DNA of 59,083 nucleotides from an uncultured Eubacteriales bacterium (GTDB lineage Bacteria; Pseudomonadota; Alphaproteobacteria; RF32; CAG-239): NCBI GenBank assembly GCA_963632615.1, contig CAVGVF010000001.1, positions 138,636 to 197,718 of the forward strand, read 5' to 3'. Shown piece by piece: positions 55,477 to 59,083 of this stretch (position 1 is its first letter; each line of letters starts with the position of its first letter). The notes under the pieces were generated by a model. It saw only the letters and a program-made list of their open reading frames with translations, ran no database searches and was not told where the DNA came from. The position numbers and the translations under genes were made by a program.

Positions 55477-56001
55477 TTAAGCCTTTACCTGAATCTCTTT
55501 CAGCTGCGGGATATATTGCTTGAAGCAGCCGGCAATAACATTATTGAGCGTATTTTGCGCATAAGGGCAGCCGGCGCAGTGACCGGTAAATTGCAACAGT
55601 AAGCTGTTGTTTTGATAAGATATTATGGCTATGTCGCCTTTATCGCGGTTGAGAGTAGGCCGGATGAAAGCATCTGCCAGAGCTTCAATAAAATCAACAT
55701 CCGCCGCGGCGTCTGCAAAATCCTGTTCCTGCGGATTAGCGCTTAAATAGTCATCCAGTTCCGCCAAAACCAAAGCGCATAAGTCATCTTTAGCCGCCGT
55801 TTCTTTGTAAGAAATACTCAGCAGCGCATCCGAAACTAAACAGCGCTCAACTCCGTCTATAGCAAAAATATTCTGCACAATCAGCGGCTTATTGTTAGAA
55901 CCTTCCAAAAACAATTTGGCTTGATTAACACGGCATAATTTTTGCGGCGGATAAAAATTTATGATATGTTTCGGGGTTAAATCTTCAATTTTTATGAGCA
56001 T
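55477..56001 (-). CDS. NifU/Nfu-type iron-sulfur cluster scaffold/carrier protein
   Basis: The ATG at 56001 follows AGGAAAAAA. The C-terminal Nfu CxxC motif is FTGHCAGCPYAQNTL. Confidence 0.8.
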   Translation of the reverse strand: MLIKIEDLTPKHIINFYPPQKLCRVNQAKLFLEGSNNKPLIVQNIFAIDGVERCLVSDALLSISYKETAAKDDLCALVLAELDDYLSANPQEQDFADAAADVDFIEALADAFIRPTLNRDKGDIAIISYQNNSLLLQFTGHCAGCPYAQNTLNNVIAGCFKQYIPQLKEIQVKA

Positions 56002-57061
56002 TTTTTTCCTGCAATTTAGTTTGAATTTGTGAAACGGCAACCAACGCGCGTTCCAAATAATAGTTTTGTACAATCAGATGATTGGCGCCGAATATTCCGT
56101 CCGGTTTGCCGTTTCTAACCATCAGCGGCTTAAATTCGGCGGCTTTCTGCAAAGAAGACACCAGATATGTCCATTCGGTATAGATGTCGTTCTGCACAAT
56201 CAGCGGCTTAAAGTCAAAACCGGCGGCGCGGGCAATCTGCCAAGCTCCGAATGCGTAGCCGCGGGTTTTATAAAACACGTCATCGGCTTTGGTATCCAGC
56301 AAAGAAGCGGAATGTTCTATGACTTGGCTGTCATTTTTTTGAATCAGCAGCCGCAGGGCATTAGACAGCCTCCGCAGATATGTTTCAAAATCGGCATAAT
56401 ATATAGTAAAGTCGGCTTGATTGAATTTCAAGAGCTCGCTGCGGGCTTTACGGTATTGTGCATTGGCAGAAGGAGCCAGTCCGAATGAGCCTTTTTTAGA
56501 CATCAGCCAGATATGCGGCGGATATCGCAGCAGTTCTTCGGCTTTTTTGGCATTTTTTTGCTGTTCGGCCGTTTTATTGACAAAGTTTTTTAGCATTCCG
56601 GCGCCGTCCCGCACCGATGTCATTATACCGGTTTGGAAGTTCGGCATATTATCCAGAACGTAGGCCGGAAAGATAATCGGCAGATTCGGCGTCCACATTT
56701 TGCTGTCGATTTCCCGATTGATTAAAAAAGCCAGTGTATTGGCAATTTCTGATTTATGCTGATTGTCTTTCGGCAGCTGATAGCCGCTGGTTACATCCAT
56801 ATTTTCTACAAACAGGCTGCCTAACACATAATAAACAAACAAAAAACAGCAGCCGACGCTCAAAATCATTTTCCAGGATGAGGATATTTTTTTACTTATT
56901 CTTTTATAGAATCGGCGGAGTTTGCTAGGTTTTAAGCTTTTTAGGTTTATCCGTAAAATTTGCAGCCGTTCGCGAATGTTTATGCCGCGCAGATATTCCA
57001 GACCGTGTTTGGACATATCTTTCATCTTTTTAGCAAAATCAAGCAAACGAGCCTTATCCAT
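55985..57061 (-). CDS. membrane-anchored conserved hypothetical protein (possibly DUF2333-like)
   Basis: 358 aa with one N-terminal TM (ILSVGCCFLFVYYVLGSLFV). The family assignment is from memory only and is unverified. Confidence 0.55.
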   Translation of the reverse strand: MDKARLLDFAKKMKDMSKHGLEYLRGINIRERLQILRINLKSLKPSKLRRFYKRISKKISSSWKMILSVGCCFLFVYYVLGSLFVENMDVTSGYQLPKDNQHKSEIANTLAFLINREIDSKMWTPNLPIIFPAYVLDNMPNFQTGIMTSVRDGAGMLKNFVNKTAEQQKNAKKAEELLRYPPHIWLMSKKGSFGLAPSANAQYRKARSELLKFNQADFTIYYADFETYLRRLSNALRLLIQKNDSQVIEHSASLLDTKADDVFYKTRGYAFGAWQIARAAGFDFKPLIVQNDIYTEWTYLVSSLQKAAEFKPLMVRNGKPDGIFGANHLIVQNYYLERALVAVSQIQTKLQEKNAHKN

Positions 57062-58632
57062 TATTTTTTTCTCCGCAGTAATCGGATAATATCAGCAAAA
57101 TCTATTACTTTAAATATTCTAGCTGAAATCAGAAAAATTGCAAGCGCAAAGATACCAAGGCCGCAGAGATAGAACAAAAGCAGCCATTTTGAACCATAAA
57201 TCCAATCCGGCGAAAAACGGCTGAGCAGCAGGCGTCCGCCCAAAGCGGCAGCGCCGGTCAAAACGGATACCAGCGTAATCCGCAGAATTTTGCCCCAAAG
57301 CCGGCGGGAACATTGCCAGTAGCCGCGCTTTTTCAGCCCGATAATATATTGCAGCAGCGAAACAAACGCTGCAATCGTGGTGGCGCAGGCAATGCCGATA
57401 TGTCCGAAACTGTGCATCAGCAGCAGAATAAACACTAAGTTAGTGATAAAAACAACGGCGCTGTATTTTACCGGAGTGACGGTATCGCCGCGGGCGAAAA
57501 AGTTCGGCATCAGCGCTTTTGTCATCACATAGCACGGCAGCCCCACCGAATAGGCAATCACAGCGTATGCGGTTTTTACGGCATCGCTCGGTAAAAATTT
57601 GCCGTGCTGAAAGAGCAGGCAGACAATCGGTTCGGCCAAAACAATCAGCAAAATTGCCGCCGGCAGCGACAGCAGCAGGCCGTATTCAACAGCTTTGTCC
57701 TGAGTGCGGCGGGCTTCATCGGTTTGCTGTTCTTTGAGGTATTTTGAAAGAATCGGCAGCAAAGCCACGCTGATGGCCGCGCCGATAACGCCTAAAGGCA
57801 GCTGCTGCAAGCGGTTGGCGTAATAGAGCCAGGAAATTGCTCCGGTGCCGACCAGCGAAACCAAAATGGTGTCAACCGCCATATTTATCTGATAAATTCC
57901 GGCGCCGACCACCCCCGGGGCAATACGCTTGAACAAGGTTTTTATTTCCGGATTCTGCATAATTTTTTTGATATGCAGGTACGGATGAATTTTAATATCT
58001 ATCTTGCGCAGAAAATGCCGCAGCCACAAAACTTCCAGCAGTCCGGCCGAGGTTATGCCTAAAGCAAAGCCGTGAGCCGGCGTTGGGGTAAACGGCACAA
58101 ACAAGAACACGGCAAAAATCATCATCAAATTGAGGATAATCGGCGCGGTAGCCGGAGCGGCGAATTTTTCAAATGAGTTTAAGATGCCGCCTTGAAAGGA
58201 AACTAAAGAAATCAGCAGCAAAAACGGGAATGTTATGCGGCAAAGTTGAGTGGCAAGCGTTAATTTTTCCGGTTCGGAACGAAACCCCGGCGCCAAAACT
58301 TCTACCACGTACGGCATAAAAATTTCAAAAGCCAGCACAAAAGCGCCGACAAACAAAACCAGCACGGAAATTGCCTGTGCGGCAAAAAAAACAGAGCGCT
58401 TTTTGCCTTCTGCCACCAATTTTTGCGAAAAAAGCGGCACAAAAGCGCTGGTAAACGCGCCTTCGGCAAACAGGCTGCGGAACAAATTCGGCAGTTTGAA
58501 GGCCACGACAAAAGCATCCGAAATCGCTCCGGCACCCAAAAAATTGGCTAAAACCATATCCCGCAAAAAGCCGGTAATCCGGCTGACCAGCGTCAATCCG
58601 CCAAAAGTGGCGACAGATTTAAATAATGACAT
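57061..58632 (-). CDS. murJ: lipid II flippase MurJ (MviN)
   Basis: 523 aa and polytopic. The N-terminal TLVSRITGFLRDMVLANFLGAG...DAFVVAFKLPNLFR is typical of MurJ. Confidence 0.92.
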   Translation of the reverse strand: MSLFKSVATFGGLTLVSRITGFLRDMVLANFLGAGAISDAFVVAFKLPNLFRSLFAEGAFTSAFVPLFSQKLVAEGKKRSVFFAAQAISVLVLFVGAFVLAFEIFMPYVVEVLAPGFRSEPEKLTLATQLCRITFPFLLLISLVSFQGGILNSFEKFAAPATAPIILNLMMIFAVFLFVPFTPTPAHGFALGITSAGLLEVLWLRHFLRKIDIKIHPYLHIKKIMQNPEIKTLFKRIAPGVVGAGIYQINMAVDTILVSLVGTGAISWLYYANRLQQLPLGVIGAAISVALLPILSKYLKEQQTDEARRTQDKAVEYGLLLSLPAAILLIVLAEPIVCLLFQHGKFLPSDAVKTAYAVIAYSVGLPCYVMTKALMPNFFARGDTVTPVKYSAVVFITNLVFILLLMHSFGHIGIACATTIAAFVSLLQYIIGLKKRGYWQCSRRLWGKILRITLVSVLTGAAALGGRLLLSRFSPDWIYGSKWLLLFYLCGLGIFALAIFLISARIFKVIDFADIIRLLRRKK

Positions 58633-58773
58633 TTTTCCTCTTTAGTTTTTCGTTTAATTTACAAATAAGATAGCTTGTTTTGCCAGGCATGTATAATAAA
58701 AAAAAACGTTGATAACAACAAAATGTTTTTGCGGCCAAAAATCAACAAAAACAAGAGGTTAAGGAGTAAAAAA

Positions 58774-58807
58774 GTGTGTAAAAAAAACGACCGTTTTTTT
58801 TACACAC
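58774..58807. repeat. 34-bp perfect palindrome GTGTGTAAAAAAAACG-AC-CGTTTTTTTTACACAC (copy 1)
   Basis: 16-bp arms around a 2-nt centre. It lies in the divergent murJ/lipoprotein intergenic region. Confidence 0.75.
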
Positions 58808-58917
58808 TAAATTTATGGTATTTTAAGGATACAAAATTTTGCGTTTTTTTGCAATAAATATTTAACTTTACGCTATTTTTTTCACAATTCTGTAACAATC
58901 GGGAAAGGGCTGTTTTT

Positions 58918-58951
58918 GTGTGTAAAAAAAACGGTCGTTTTTTTTACACAG
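58918..58951. repeat. 34-bp palindrome GTGTGTAAAAAAAACG-GT-CGTTTTTTTTACACAg (copy 2, reverse complement of copy 1)
   Basis: Identical to the reverse complement of copy 1 except for the last base. It lies 110 bp from copy 1 and 40 bp upstream of the next ATG. Confidence 0.75.
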
Positions 58952-58990
58952 TGGTACGTGAAAACTAGGAATTATAAGGAGGCTTTACGA

Positions 58991-59083
58991 TGGAAAAGAG
59001 CTATAAAACATCGTGTAAAAGCGTGATGTACGCTTTAGCGATAATAGTAGCGGGAGCCTGTACGTTGGCGCAGCCGGCGTTCG
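58991..59083 (+). CDS. secreted protein or lipoprotein, 3'-truncated by the window edge
   Basis: Strong SD (TAAGGAGG) 7 nt upstream. The N-terminus MEKSYKTSCKSVMYALAIIVAGACTLAQPAF looks like a signal peptide with a possible lipobox. Confidence 0.5.

Noticed and set aside
58675-58857. 60-aa ORF spanning the first palindrome (..VCKKNDRFFYTLNLWYF..)
   Set aside because: It sits in an intergenic divergent-promoter region, is Lys/Asn-rich, and part of its coding potential is forced by the palindrome. The same peptide start appears at the second palindrome purely by symmetry.
1-59083. Search for tRNA, rRNA, tmRNA, RNase P, CRISPR arrays, IS elements and prophage genes
   Set aside because: None of the intergenic regions shows tRNA-like T-arm or anticodon architecture. 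There are no regular repeat-spacer arrays, and no transposase, phage or relaxase-like translations. I scanned by eye only, so short or degenerate elements could have been missed.

Overview
This 59-kb chromosomal segment looks alphaproteobacterial. It carries an AddB/AddA nuclease-helicase pair, a separate F0 operon (atpI-atpB-atpE-b'-b), and an mnmG/rsmG/parA/parB block with two perfect parS sites, which suggests it is near the origin. Most of the window is housekeeping: dnaE, rluD, rpoH, an RND efflux triad, tgt, class II aldolase, F0 ATP synthase, a dsbA-like gene, xerD, aroK, rph, rdgB, addBA, trxA, rplQ, gloB, nfu and murJ. I recognised no rRNA, tRNA, CRISPR array, transposase, relaxase or phage gene. 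Three regions do not read as housekeeping. (1) At 10.2-17.6 kb a tightly packed minus-strand five-gene operon ends in a solitary VirD4/TraG-type type IV coupling ATPase. The four upstream proteins match no family I can name, two of them share a paralogous membrane module, and the operon's 3' end abuts a truncated ECF sigma gene. This is my best candidate for an undescribed system. (2) At 49.3-51.5 kb, between trxA and an isolated rplQ, lies a visibly AT-rich cassette. It encodes a 372-aa protein without a signal peptide and with a Gly/Ala/Ser/Asn-rich C-terminus, translationally coupled to a 4-TM 132-aa protein (toxin/immunity-like). The cassette is bracketed by two copies of a promoter-plus-hairpin module. 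(3) At 27.6-29.5 kb a MinD/FlhG-like ATPase with a degenerate deviant Walker A overlaps a membrane-anchored J-domain/SH3b protein. Smaller oddities are a prepilin motif buried about 105 codons into its ORF behind a long structured leader, twin 34-bp palindromes upstream of the last gene, and a Cys-cluster PAS histidine kinase with no adjacent partner. All functional calls rest on motifs read by eye from the translations. No database search was run.
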